A DNA stretch of 49,810 bases, taken from Kofleriaceae bacterium (GTDB lineage: Bacteria; Myxococcota_A; Polyangia; Haliangiales; Haliangiaceae). Below, piece by piece: positions 16,395 to 24,766 of this stretch (positions are counted from its first letter, which is position 1; every line of letters begins with the position of its first letter). Below the pieces are notes generated by a model, which ran no database searches, was not told where the DNA came from, and saw nothing but the letters and a program-made list of their open reading frames with translations. The stretch is from positions 1-49,810 of the forward strand of contig JBKJLC010000292.1 of NCBI GenBank assembly GCA_046597055.1. The letters are read 5' to 3'. A program made the position numbers and the translations under genes.

Positions 16395-16784
16395 TCAGTG
16401 CGAGGCGACGAACACCAGGCGGCGCTGGGCCGGGTAGCTCCACACGAGGAACACCGCGAAGGCGCACAGCACCTTGCCGATCAGGTACGGCACCTGGCCG
16501 AGGTCGCAGACCAGGAACATCGCGCCCGCCATGAGCATGGCGGTCGTGCCCGACACCATCGCGAACGTGCTGAGCTGGCGGACACTCAGCGGCCGGTGGT
16601 CCCGGAACGCGATGTACTTGTTGATGACGAAGCAGAACAGCGCGCCGGCGGCCGAGCCAAGGAACGCGGCGACCGCGATCGGCGAGCCACGCTCGGCCAG
16701 GGTGGCGAGGACGCTGACATCGACGCCCGTGGCCACGAGGCCGCTCAGGCTGGCGAAGAGCAGTCGACGCTTGCGGGGGCTCAT
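16395..16784 (-). CDS. GtrA family membrane protein
   Basis: 129 aa with four TM helices; FVINKYIAF and RRLVF motifs; adjacent to GT2. Confidence 0.8.
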   Translation of the reverse strand: MSPRKRRLLFASLSGLVATGVDVSVLATLAERGSPIAVAAFLGSAAGALFCFVINKYIAFRDHRPLSVRQLSTFAMVSGTTAMLMAGAMFLVCDLGQVPYLIGKVLCAFAVFLVWSYPAQRRLVFVASH

Positions 16785-16796
16785 GGCCGGGGATAG

Positions 16797-16812
16797 AGCA
16801 TCCGCCGTGCCA
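16797..16812 (-). promoter_or_regulatory. Putative sigma54 promoter for the gtrA-like gene
   Basis: Minus strand TGGCACGGCGGATGCT versus consensus TGGCACG-N4-TTGCW. Confidence 0.55.
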
Positions 16813-16958
16813 CCCGGTTCGACCTTTACGTTCCGACCGGTTGCGGGTGGTGGACCTGTCGGACCACCGTCAACTTACCGACGGGGACTGTCGCGCTCTG
16901 GCACCTACACCGTGCGCGGAGTCTCCTCTGCGGACCCGGCGGATCCGCGCTTCTCGCA

Positions 16959-17750
16959 TCACCAGGTCGCGCGCCGCACCTCGCGGAGCCAGGCGTCGAG
17001 CTCCGCCACCGCCGCCGAGGGGGGCTCAGCCGGAAGCGGCGAGGTGGCGATCGCGGCATCGAGCTCGGCCAGCGCGCGGTCGAGCTCACCCAACCAGCGG
17101 GTCAGCTCCTCGCTGGTGAGCGCGGCCCGCTCGGCGGTGCGCTTGCGCTCGATCAGCTCGGCCACCTCGGGCCCGTAGGTCGGTGCCAGCTTGGTGAGAT
17201 CGGTGACGAGCTCGCCGGTGCGCAGCAGGTGGAGCCCGGTCCGCGCGGTGCGCAGGACGTAGAGGACCTTCTTGGCGGTCGGCTTCTCGATCGCCGCCTT
17301 GCGCTGCGCGATCGCGAAGCCGCCGTAGTGGCGGGCGACCGCGCGCGACAGCACCGCGCGCACCAGCGGGCGCAGCGAGGTCAACCGCGGCTGATCGGCG
17401 TCGAGCACCAGCTCGCCCAGGATGCGCTCGAGGTAGTTGCCGTTGCCCTTGAGCACGCTGCGCAGGACGTCGGCGAGCTCGTTGGAGCCGTAGTCGAGCT
17501 CGACGCCGTCGACCACGATCATCTGCTCGGCGCCGCCGTCGCTGCGGGTCAGCCCGACCAGCGATCCGGTCGGGGCGATGTGCACGCACTTGAGATCGAG
17601 GTCGCTGTCGGGCGACGGGAAGCCGTACGCGTGCGCGCCCGACAGGTAGACGACGAGGTGATGGCGCTCGGCGGCGCGGGCGGCGAGGTACCTGCGCGCG
17701 ACCGCGGTCTGGTGATCGGTGAGGACGTCGAAGCGAGGCGGGATCGTCAT
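16959..17750 (-). CDS. RlaP/YcgL-family nucleotidyltransferase (Pol-beta superfamily)
   Basis: SGAHAYGFPSPDSDLD catalytic motif, KGNGNYLE, HYGGFA, KKVLYVLR. Confidence 0.85.
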   Translation of the reverse strand: MTIPPRFDVLTDHQTAVARRYLAARAAERHHLVVYLSGAHAYGFPSPDSDLDLKCVHIAPTGSLVGLTRSDGGAEQMIVVDGVELDYGSNELADVLRSVLKGNGNYLERILGELVLDADQPRLTSLRPLVRAVLSRAVARHYGGFAIAQRKAAIEKPTAKKVLYVLRTARTGLHLLRTGELVTDLTKLAPTYGPEVAELIERKRTAERAALTSEELTRWLGELDRALAELDAAIATSPLPAEPPSAAVAELDAWLREVRRATW

Positions 17751-17768
17751 GGTCGAGCTCCGGCAAGG

Positions 17769-19022
17769 TCAGGTGAACCGCGCGATCGCGGGCGCCGGCG
17801 CCTCGGCGCCCCACGGGCCCGGCGCGCCGGCGAACCAGCGGCGCGCCGCCTCGTGGCGGATCGTGCGCAGCGCGGCCTCGACCCGCTCGAGGTCGGCCTG
17901 GCGTGGCAGCGGGCTGTGCGCGCGCGCCTGCTCGAGGGCCGGGGTCATGGTGTGCGCCATCGCGATCACCTCGGCCATCGGCAGCTCGCCGGCCTTGATC
18001 GAGAGCAAGGTCGCGCGCAGCTCGCCCGACACCCGCAGCACCGGGGGCTCGCCGCGCAGCCAGCGGGTCGCGAGGTCGAGCAGGCGGATCAGGTTGTAGG
18101 CGTTCTTGGGGCGCAGATCGCGCGGTGGCTCGAACTCGTGGGCGGTGTCGCGCGCGAAGGCGACCAGCGCGATCCACTCGGCCGAGGCGAGCAGGCCCTG
18201 ATCGTAGAGCGAGCGATAAAGCTGCTTGACGTAGTCGCGGGCGCGGCCGCGCGCGTCGGCCGGCGTGGGGCCCGGCACCGCGGCGGCGTCGGTCAGCCGG
18301 GTCGCGACCGCGTCGAGGGTGAGGGTCGGATCGGCGCGCAGCCACTCCAGGATCAGCGCGCGGTGATCGGCGAGGCGCTGGTTGTGCTCGAGGCGCTCGA
18401 GCTGCGACAGGGCGTAGCGACCGAAGCTGCCGTAGATCTCCTGCGAGACGAACGCCTCGCGGACGTCGAGCAGCACCCGGCCCATCGGATCGGTGACCGC
18501 GTCGTCGGTGGCGGCGAACAGCATCTCGAGCGTGTTGGGATCGGCGCGCAGCGCCTGGCGCACCGCCTTGCCAACCTCCCAGTAGGCGCGCGCGCTGTCG
18601 CCCGAGCCGAGATCGAGCGGCGGCTCGACCAACCCGGTCTGCCACGGGAAGGGCAGGACGAAGACGCCGCGGCGATCCTCGTCGCTGCCGGCGTGGTCGA
18701 GGCCCCACGCGCGCGAGCCGACCACCGCGTCGACGACGACGGTCGGCGCCAGCTCGGTCCACGCGTCCTGGCGACGCTGGGCGTAGCGGATCAGCCCGAG
18801 CTTGCGCGGGGTGAGCTCGGTGCGCAGGAAGCGGACCCGGCCGACGCCGACCACCTCGACCTCGACCTGGTCGCCCTCGCTGGCGACCACCCGGCCGACG
18901 GCGCCCTGCCCGACCGTGCGCTCGCCGACCGCGCGATCGACGCGCGTGACGACCTCGGTGCCGGGCGGCAGCGGCACCGCGAGCGGGTCGAGATCGGCGA
19001 GGCCGCCGAGTCGTAGGGCCAT
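17769..19022 (-). CDS. RlaP/YcgL-family nucleotidyltransferase with N-terminal SH3-like extension and internal insertion
   Basis: VGSRAWGLDHAGSDEDRRGVF, ADPNTLEMLF, FGRYALSQL, KNAYNLIRLL, LLSIKAGE. Confidence 0.85.
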   Translation of the reverse strand: MALRLGGLADLDPLAVPLPPGTEVVTRVDRAVGERTVGQGAVGRVVASEGDQVEVEVVGVGRVRFLRTELTPRKLGLIRYAQRRQDAWTELAPTVVVDAVVGSRAWGLDHAGSDEDRRGVFVLPFPWQTGLVEPPLDLGSGDSARAYWEVGKAVRQALRADPNTLEMLFAATDDAVTDPMGRVLLDVREAFVSQEIYGSFGRYALSQLERLEHNQRLADHRALILEWLRADPTLTLDAVATRLTDAAAVPGPTPADARGRARDYVKQLYRSLYDQGLLASAEWIALVAFARDTAHEFEPPRDLRPKNAYNLIRLLDLATRWLRGEPPVLRVSGELRATLLSIKAGELPMAEVIAMAHTMTPALEQARAHSPLPRQADLERVEAALRTIRHEAARRWFAGAPGPWGAEAPAPAIARFT

Positions 19023-19031
19023 CCCGCGATG

Positions 19032-20600
19032 CTACGGGCCGACGTACGCGATGTCGATGCAGGTGCGCGCCTCGGGTCGGTCGAGGTTGGTCGCGTCCTG
19101 GTTGCGGGCCCACGCTGCGCACACCGGGTTGCGCCCGCGCCGGAGCGTGAGCGGCACCATCGCGATGCCGGTGCCGCCGGTGGTGGCGTCGCTGACCGCC
19201 TGATCGTTGACGCTGATGCCGAAGGTGCGGCCGGGCTGAGCCCGCAGGCGCAGCGTCACGGCGGCGGTCGCCGCGATCGTCGGCGTCGCGACGTCCCACG
19301 CGGGGCCGCGGACCGGCGCGGGCGTGGTCGCCATCGCGGCGATGGCGGCTTGCTCACCGGCGGCCGCGTCGATGCGGATGCGGCCGACCTGCCCGGCGGC
19401 GCCCATCAGGTTGCCCGGGCCTGGGTTGCCACCGGGCGCCGCCAGCCAGACGCCGGTTGCAGTGATCGCGCCGCCGCTGCGGACCAGGAGCGCACCACCG
19501 GAGCCGCCACCGCCGCCACCGCCCGACGCACCTGCGCCCTCGCTGCCGGGCGCGCCCGCCGCACGCAGCAGGCCGCCCGCGCCGGTCACCGTGATGTCGC
19601 CGCCGGCCTCGAGGACGAGCACGCCGCCGCCCCCACCCCCTTGCCCCCCTGCGATGGGCACGACCACCTGGCCGGGACCACCACCGCCGCCGCCGTTGCC
19701 GCGGTTGCCGCCGACGTTGGCCGGGGAGACCACCGGGACCAGCATGTCGTTGCCGGTGATCATGCCGCCGGCACCGCCCTCGCCGCCGGCGCCGCCCGGC
19801 GCCGCCGCGCCGAAGCCACCGCCACCGCCGCCCGAGCCGTCGGCAATCACCTGCACGTTCGAGCCGGCGCCGCCGCCGCCCGGGCTGCAGGTACCGCCCG
19901 AGGCCGCGAGCCCGCCGGCGCAGCCATGCGGACCCGGCAGCCGCCCGGCCGCGTCGACATCGAGGCGGCTGTTGATGAAGGTGATGCCGCCGGTCGCGCG
20001 CAGGATCACCGGGTCGGCCTGATCCGGCGCGTAGTGGACGTCCCCCACGATCTCGATCTGCGAGTAGCGCTCGGGCGTGGCATCGACCGTCGCCGCCGCG
20101 GCCGCGGTCAGACGCAGCTCGGCGAGCCCGTCGATCGGGATATCCACCGAGCCGGTGGCGGCGCCCTGGGTGAGGGTGATGCGCATCATGCGAGCCTGAC
20201 CCGCAGCGAGGTCGGGGAGGACCGGGATGCGCACGGCGACCGCGCCGCCGGTGCCATCGCTGTAGGCGTCGAAGCCGACCACGGTCGGTCCCGCGCCGCC
20301 GGCGGGTGCGTCGAGGAACCCGGCGGTCACCACCGCGCCGGCCGCGCCCCCGACGATGCTGGTGCCGGCCAGCAGCACGATCGTAGGCCGACCATTGGCG
20401 GCGCCGCTGCCCTCGGCGATCGTGGCGGCCGACGTCCCCACGTCGAAGCCGGTCACGGTCAGGCGCGATGGGTCGGAGTCGGTCGCGGCGTCGACCGGCG
20501 GCTCGGCAGCATCGATCCGGGGCAGGTTGTCGGGGTTGTAGAGGATCGAGCAGCCCGTCAGCAGCGCGAGCGGAAGACAGCCGAACTGGCGAAGGCCCAT
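19032..20600 (-). CDS. Glycine-rich lipoprotein
   Basis: MGLRQFGCLPLALLTGC lipobox; repeated GGGGG turns (GGGGGSGGALLVR, GRIRID); TATGAT box 7 nt before ATG 20600. Confidence 0.75.
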   Translation of the reverse strand: MGLRQFGCLPLALLTGCSILYNPDNLPRIDAAEPPVDAATDSDPSRLTVTGFDVGTSAATIAEGSGAANGRPTIVLLAGTSIVGGAAGAVVTAGFLDAPAGGAGPTVVGFDAYSDGTGGAVAVRIPVLPDLAAGQARMMRITLTQGAATGSVDIPIDGLAELRLTAAAAATVDATPERYSQIEIVGDVHYAPDQADPVILRATGGITFINSRLDVDAAGRLPGPHGCAGGLAASGGTCSPGGGGAGSNVQVIADGSGGGGGGFGAAAPGGAGGEGGAGGMITGNDMLVPVVSPANVGGNRGNGGGGGGPGQVVVPIAGGQGGGGGGVLVLEAGGDITVTGAGGLLRAAGAPGSEGAGASGGGGGGGSGGALLVRSGGAITATGVWLAAPGGNPGPGNLMGAAGQVGRIRIDAAAGEQAAIAAMATTPAPVRGPAWDVATPTIAATAAVTLRLRAQPGRTFGISVNDQAVSDATTGGTGIAMVPLTLRRGRNPVCAAWARNQDATNLDRPEARTCIDIAYVGP

Positions 20601-20761
20601 CACGGCCATCATACCCGCTCGGTCGGCCCCGCTCGGTCGGCGGCCCACGCTCGGTCGCCGACAGCAGCGCGGTGGTGGGACATCCACCGACGCGCGCCGG
20701 CGTACGCAACTTTTCCGCTGGCCGCTGGCGTGGAATCGCCGATGGAGGCACGATCGACCCG

Positions 20762-21586
20762 ATGGCCCGGTGCGTCCTCTGCACCTTCCCTGCCGCGCAC
20801 GGTCATCTGTGCGACGCGCATCGGAAGGCGATCGTCCCGCTCGGGCTGACCAGCGAACAGCTGGCGAGCCGGCGCGCCGACGGGCTCGCCTCGCTGGTGG
20901 ACCCGTGGGGCGGCGCCTGGGCGCTGGCGGCGCGGACCGTGGTCGGACGATCGCTCGCGGACTGCGACCTCACGATCCTGCATCCATCGGTCTCGCTGGT
21001 CCACGCCGTGATCGAGCGGGTCGCCGACGGGACGTGGCAGGTCACCGACCAGGACAGCCGCAACGGCACGCTGGTCGATGGGACCCGCACGACGACCGCC
21101 GTGCCGCTCACCACCGGCCTCCGGGTCCGGTTCGGCGAGGTCGCGTTCTACTTCGTCGATCGATCGCTGCCGCGCACCGAGCGACCCGAGGGCCCGGGCC
21201 GGACCGCGCCGAGCCGGCGCGAGCAGCTGATCTTCACCGCAGCCCTGCGGGCCAGCAGCGGTCAGCGGGTCGAGCTGTCGCAGCGGGTCGAGGGCGGCGT
21301 GGTCCGCGTCAACGGCACCGCGGTCGATCTCGGCAAGCTCGAGTTCCGCCTGCTCCAGGTGCTCGCCGAGGCGCGGCGCGAGGTCCAGGACCTCGATCAC
21401 GCCTACGTGCCGTGGCCCAAGGTCGCCGAGCAGCTCGACTTCCGCTCGTACGAGGCCGACAGCGAGAACGTGCGCGAGCTGGTGCGGCGGGTCCGACGCA
21501 AGCTGCAGCAGGCCGGGAGCGACGATCTGATCGAGTCCAAGCACGGCGTCGGGTACCGGCTCGCGGCCGCGTTCGAGGACGCGTGA
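20762..21586 (+). CDS. FHA domain plus OmpR-type winged-helix regulator with N-terminal Cys/His motif
   Basis: FHA motifs VGRS, SVSLVHA, DQDSRNGTLV; C-terminal LEFRLLQVL..VRRVRRKL..IESKHGVGYRL. Confidence 0.85.
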   Translation: MARCVLCTFPAAHGHLCDAHRKAIVPLGLTSEQLASRRADGLASLVDPWGGAWALAARTVVGRSLADCDLTILHPSVSLVHAVIERVADGTWQVTDQDSRNGTLVDGTRTTTAVPLTTGLRVRFGEVAFYFVDRSLPRTERPEGPGRTAPSRREQLIFTAALRASSGQRVELSQRVEGGVVRVNGTAVDLGKLEFRLLQVLAEARREVQDLDHAYVPWPKVAEQLDFRSYEADSENVRELVRRVRRKLQQAGSDDLIESKHGVGYRLAAAFEDA

Positions 21587-22461
21587 TGACCTCACGCGCC
21601 GTGCTCGCGAGCCTGCTCCTCGGCGTGACCGGCGCCGCGCAGGCGCAGCCGGCGCCGACCGCCCCGGCGGCCGCGCCCGCGACCCACGAGCCGCGGGTGG
21701 CGGTGGTGATCGAGCTCGCGGTCAACGTCGAGCCGGCCCGGGTCGAGGCGCTGTCGGCGGCGCTCGCCGATGCGCTCAATCGGGAGCTCGAGGTCGACGC
21801 GTTCGGCGGCGGCGACGTCGAGCGCCGCCTGCCGGCCGGCGGCCTGCCCGAGGACTGCCTGGCCACGCCGACCTGCATCGCCGACGTCGCGGCGCGGCTC
21901 GAGGTCGCGCAGCTGCTGGTGATCGCCGTGGTCCAGGTCGGCGACGACATCCAGATCGACGCGTCGTGGGTCGACGTCGCCACCGCCGAGGTGTCGGCGC
22001 GGCCGCGGATCTTGCTGCCGGCCGACGCCCGCGCCGGCGAGGTGTTCGGCGACGCCGCGCTCCGCCTGTTGCCACGCGCGCGCAAGCGACCGCTGTCGGT
22101 GGCGCAGCCGGTCGAGGTGACCACGCCGGGACCGAGCCGGCGCTTCACCCGCGGGACCTGGATCGCGGGCGGCCTCGGGGTCGCCGCGCTCGGCGCCGGC
22201 ATCGGCGTCGGGTTCTCGACGCGCGCGAGCTACGGTCGGTGCGAGCCGCTCGGGGTCAACTGCAGCGACGACGAGAAGTCGTCGATCCGCACGCGCGCGC
22301 TGGTCGCCGACGGGCTGTTCGCCGGCGCCGCGGCCGGGCTCACGGCCGCGGTGATCCTCTATTTGCGCTCGGCGCGCGCGGACGACACCGCGACCTCGTC
22401 CGCGCTGACCGTCACGCCCACGACCGGGGGCGCGGTCGTGGGGTTCGTTGGCGGATTCTAG
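21586..22461 (+). CDS. Secreted/membrane hypothetical protein (myxobacterial PEGA-associated type)
   Basis: Signal peptide MTSRAVLASLLLGVTGAAQA; C-x5-C motif; C-terminal hydrophobic hairpin ending GAVVGFVGGF; TGATG overlap with the FHA gene. Confidence 0.65.
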   Translation: MTSRAVLASLLLGVTGAAQAQPAPTAPAAAPATHEPRVAVVIELAVNVEPARVEALSAALADALNRELEVDAFGGGDVERRLPAGGLPEDCLATPTCIADVAARLEVAQLLVIAVVQVGDDIQIDASWVDVATAEVSARPRILLPADARAGEVFGDAALRLLPRARKRPLSVAQPVEVTTPGPSRRFTRGTWIAGGLGVAALGAGIGVGFSTRASYGRCEPLGVNCSDDEKSSIRTRALVADGLFAGAAAGLTAAVILYLRSARADDTATSSALTVTPTTGGAVVGFVGGF

Positions 22462-22483
22462 GTCGTCGAACCCACCGCGCGTC

Positions 22484-24322
22484 GTGGTCAGCGAACACTT
22501 CTCGTCGTGCCCGAGCTGTCGCGCCGTGTTCCGCGGCGGCTTCCAGCGCTGCCCGCACGATGGCGCGCGCCTGCAGGAGGGCGACGAGGATCCGCTGGTC
22601 GGGACCGTGCTCGCGGACCGCTACCAGATCGAGGCAGTGATCGGCGACGGGGGCATCGGCCGGGTCTATCGCGCGCGCCACGTGCGGATGTCGCGCAAGT
22701 TCGCGGTCAAGGTCCCGTTCGGCGAGCTCGGCTACGACCGCAAGGTCCGGGCTCGGTTCGCCAACGAGGCCGAGGCGGCCAGCCGGCTGTCGCATCCCAA
22801 CGTGATCGGCGTGGTCGACGTGGGCGAGACGCCCGAGGGGCTGTTCTACCTGGCGATGGATCTCGCCGAGGGCATGCCGCTGTGCGATCTGGTCGCCGAG
22901 GGGCCGCTGCCGACCCGGCGGACGCTGGCGATCCTCGCCCAGCTCGCCGACGGCCTGGCCCACGCCCACGATCGCGGCCTCATCCACCGCGACCTCAAGC
23001 CCGACAACGTCATCCTGAGCACCGCGTCCGACGGCGGCGATCACGTGCGCATCGTCGATTTCGGGCTCGCGATCGTCCAGAGCGATCGCACCAGCAACCG
23101 ACTCACCACCGAGGGCGTGGTGCTCGGCACCCCGTACTACATGGCGCCCGAGCAGGCGACCGACGAGGCGATCGACTACCGCGTCGATCTGTTCGCGCTC
23201 GGGCTGATGCTGTTCGAGATGCTCGCCGGCGTCCTGCCGTTCGACGGCTCGCCGATCGAGGTCGCCCGCCAGAACCTCGGCCGCGAGCTGCCGACGATCG
23301 CCCAGCGCGCCGGCCAGCCGATCGATCCGCTGCTCGAGGCGCTGGTCCGCTGGCTGACCCGCAAGCAGCCGGCCGACCGGCCCGAGCGGACCCAGCAGGT
23401 CGCGGAGATCGCGCGCATGCTCCTGCGCGGCGATCGCGAGGCCGCCGCGGTCTGCATCCCGGACGCGCTGCCGGCGCCGGCCGAGGTCGAGCTGGTGGCG
23501 ATGGACGACGAGGTGGCGCCCGAGGCCGCGGCGGCGCGCGGCGGCGCCACCAGCGACCCCGCCGTCGTCATCCGGACGTCGCCGCAACCCGCGCTCCCGG
23601 CCGAGGCCACCCGCTTCAATCCGACCTACGAGTACGTCCCGACCGAGCGGGTCGACGCCGATGAGGTGGGCGCGAATGCCCAGCGGCGGCGCCGGATGGC
23701 GGTCGCGCTGGTGCTGGTCGCGCTCGTGCTCGGCGGCGTCGGGCTGGTGTTCGTCATCGCTGGACGGGGTGGCGACCCGCCGTCGGCCGCGCGCGCGGAT
23801 GCCGCGGTCGCCGTGGTCGTGGCGAGCGCGGTCGATGCCGGTGGGGAGGATGCGCCGGCGGTGATCGAGCAGGCGGCGGTCGTGGATGCGGGGGTCGCGG
23901 CGGATGCGCGGTCGGGGGGCAGCGGGCGCGATGCGGCCGGGCGAGTGGCGACGCCAGTGGTGGTGACCGGGCGGCGGGGGATCGATGCGGGGGTCGCGGG
24001 CGGCAGCGGCAGCGGCAGCGGCAGCAGCAGCGGCAGCAGCGGCAGCGGCAGCGGCAGCGGCAGCGGCAGCGGCAGCAGTAGCGGCAGCGCGGTCGCGCCC
24101 GCGGACGAGCTCACGACCGCCACGTTTCGTGCGCTGTACGAACAGGTCGGGCGCCGGCTCGAGGCCGCGGTCAAGGCGCACGGGCTCGACGCGACGGCCG
24201 ACCTGCGCCGTCGCTACGCGGCCATTCCGTACCTCGACGCGATCCGCAAGCCGCCGCTGCGGACCGAGGCCCAGCAGCAGCTGCGCGCGCTCGCGCGTCA
24301 GATCGACGCGCTCAAAAAATAG
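22484..24322 (+). CDS. Membrane Ser/Thr protein kinase with N-terminal zinc ribbon
   Basis: CPSC..CPHD; GDGGIGRVY, AVK, HRDLKPDN, DFG, GTPYYMAPE; one TM helix and a C-terminal extracytoplasmic part. Start uncertain (ORF open from 22448). Confidence 0.92.
   Translation: MVSEHFSSCPSCRAVFRGGFQRCPHDGARLQEGDEDPLVGTVLADRYQIEAVIGDGGIGRVYRARHVRMSRKFAVKVPFGELGYDRKVRARFANEAEAASRLSHPNVIGVVDVGETPEGLFYLAMDLAEGMPLCDLVAEGPLPTRRTLAILAQLADGLAHAHDRGLIHRDLKPDNVILSTASDGGDHVRIVDFGLAIVQSDRTSNRLTTEGVVLGTPYYMAPEQATDEAIDYRVDLFALGLMLFEMLAGVLPFDGSPIEVARQNLGRELPTIAQRAGQPIDPLLEALVRWLTRKQPADRPERTQQVAEIARMLLRGDREAAAVCIPDALPAPAEVELVAMDDEVAPEAAAARGGATSDPAVVIRTSPQPALPAEATRFNPTYEYVPTERVDADEVGANAQRRRRMAVALVLVALVLGGVGLVFVIAGRGGDPPSAARADAAVAVVVASAVDAGGEDAPAVIEQAAVVDAGVAADARSGGSGRDAAGRVATPVVVTGRRGIDAGVAGGSGSGSGSSSGSSGSGSGSGSGSGSSSGSAVAPADELTTATFRALYEQVGRRLEAAVKAHGLDATADLRRRYAAIPYLDAIRKPPLRTEAQQQLRALARQIDALKK
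24002..24088 (+). repeat. (GGCAGC)n microsatellite encoding a Gly-Ser linker within the kinase
   Basis: Directly visible tandem GGCAGC/AGC repeats encoding GSGSGSGSSSGSSGSGSG... Confidence 0.9.
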
Positions 24323-24330
24323 TGCCCTTC

Positions 24331-24701
<371 letters not shown>

Positions 24702-24766
24702 GGAGAGCGGCCCATAGGTACCGCCCCGTCGCGCGCGCCGCAAGGGCTACCGACCGGCGGTACCGG

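Noticed and set aside
24002..24088. Tandem repeat as a CRISPR array or contingency locus
   Set aside because: Unit lengths are multiples of 3, encode a Gly-Ser linker and have no spacers.
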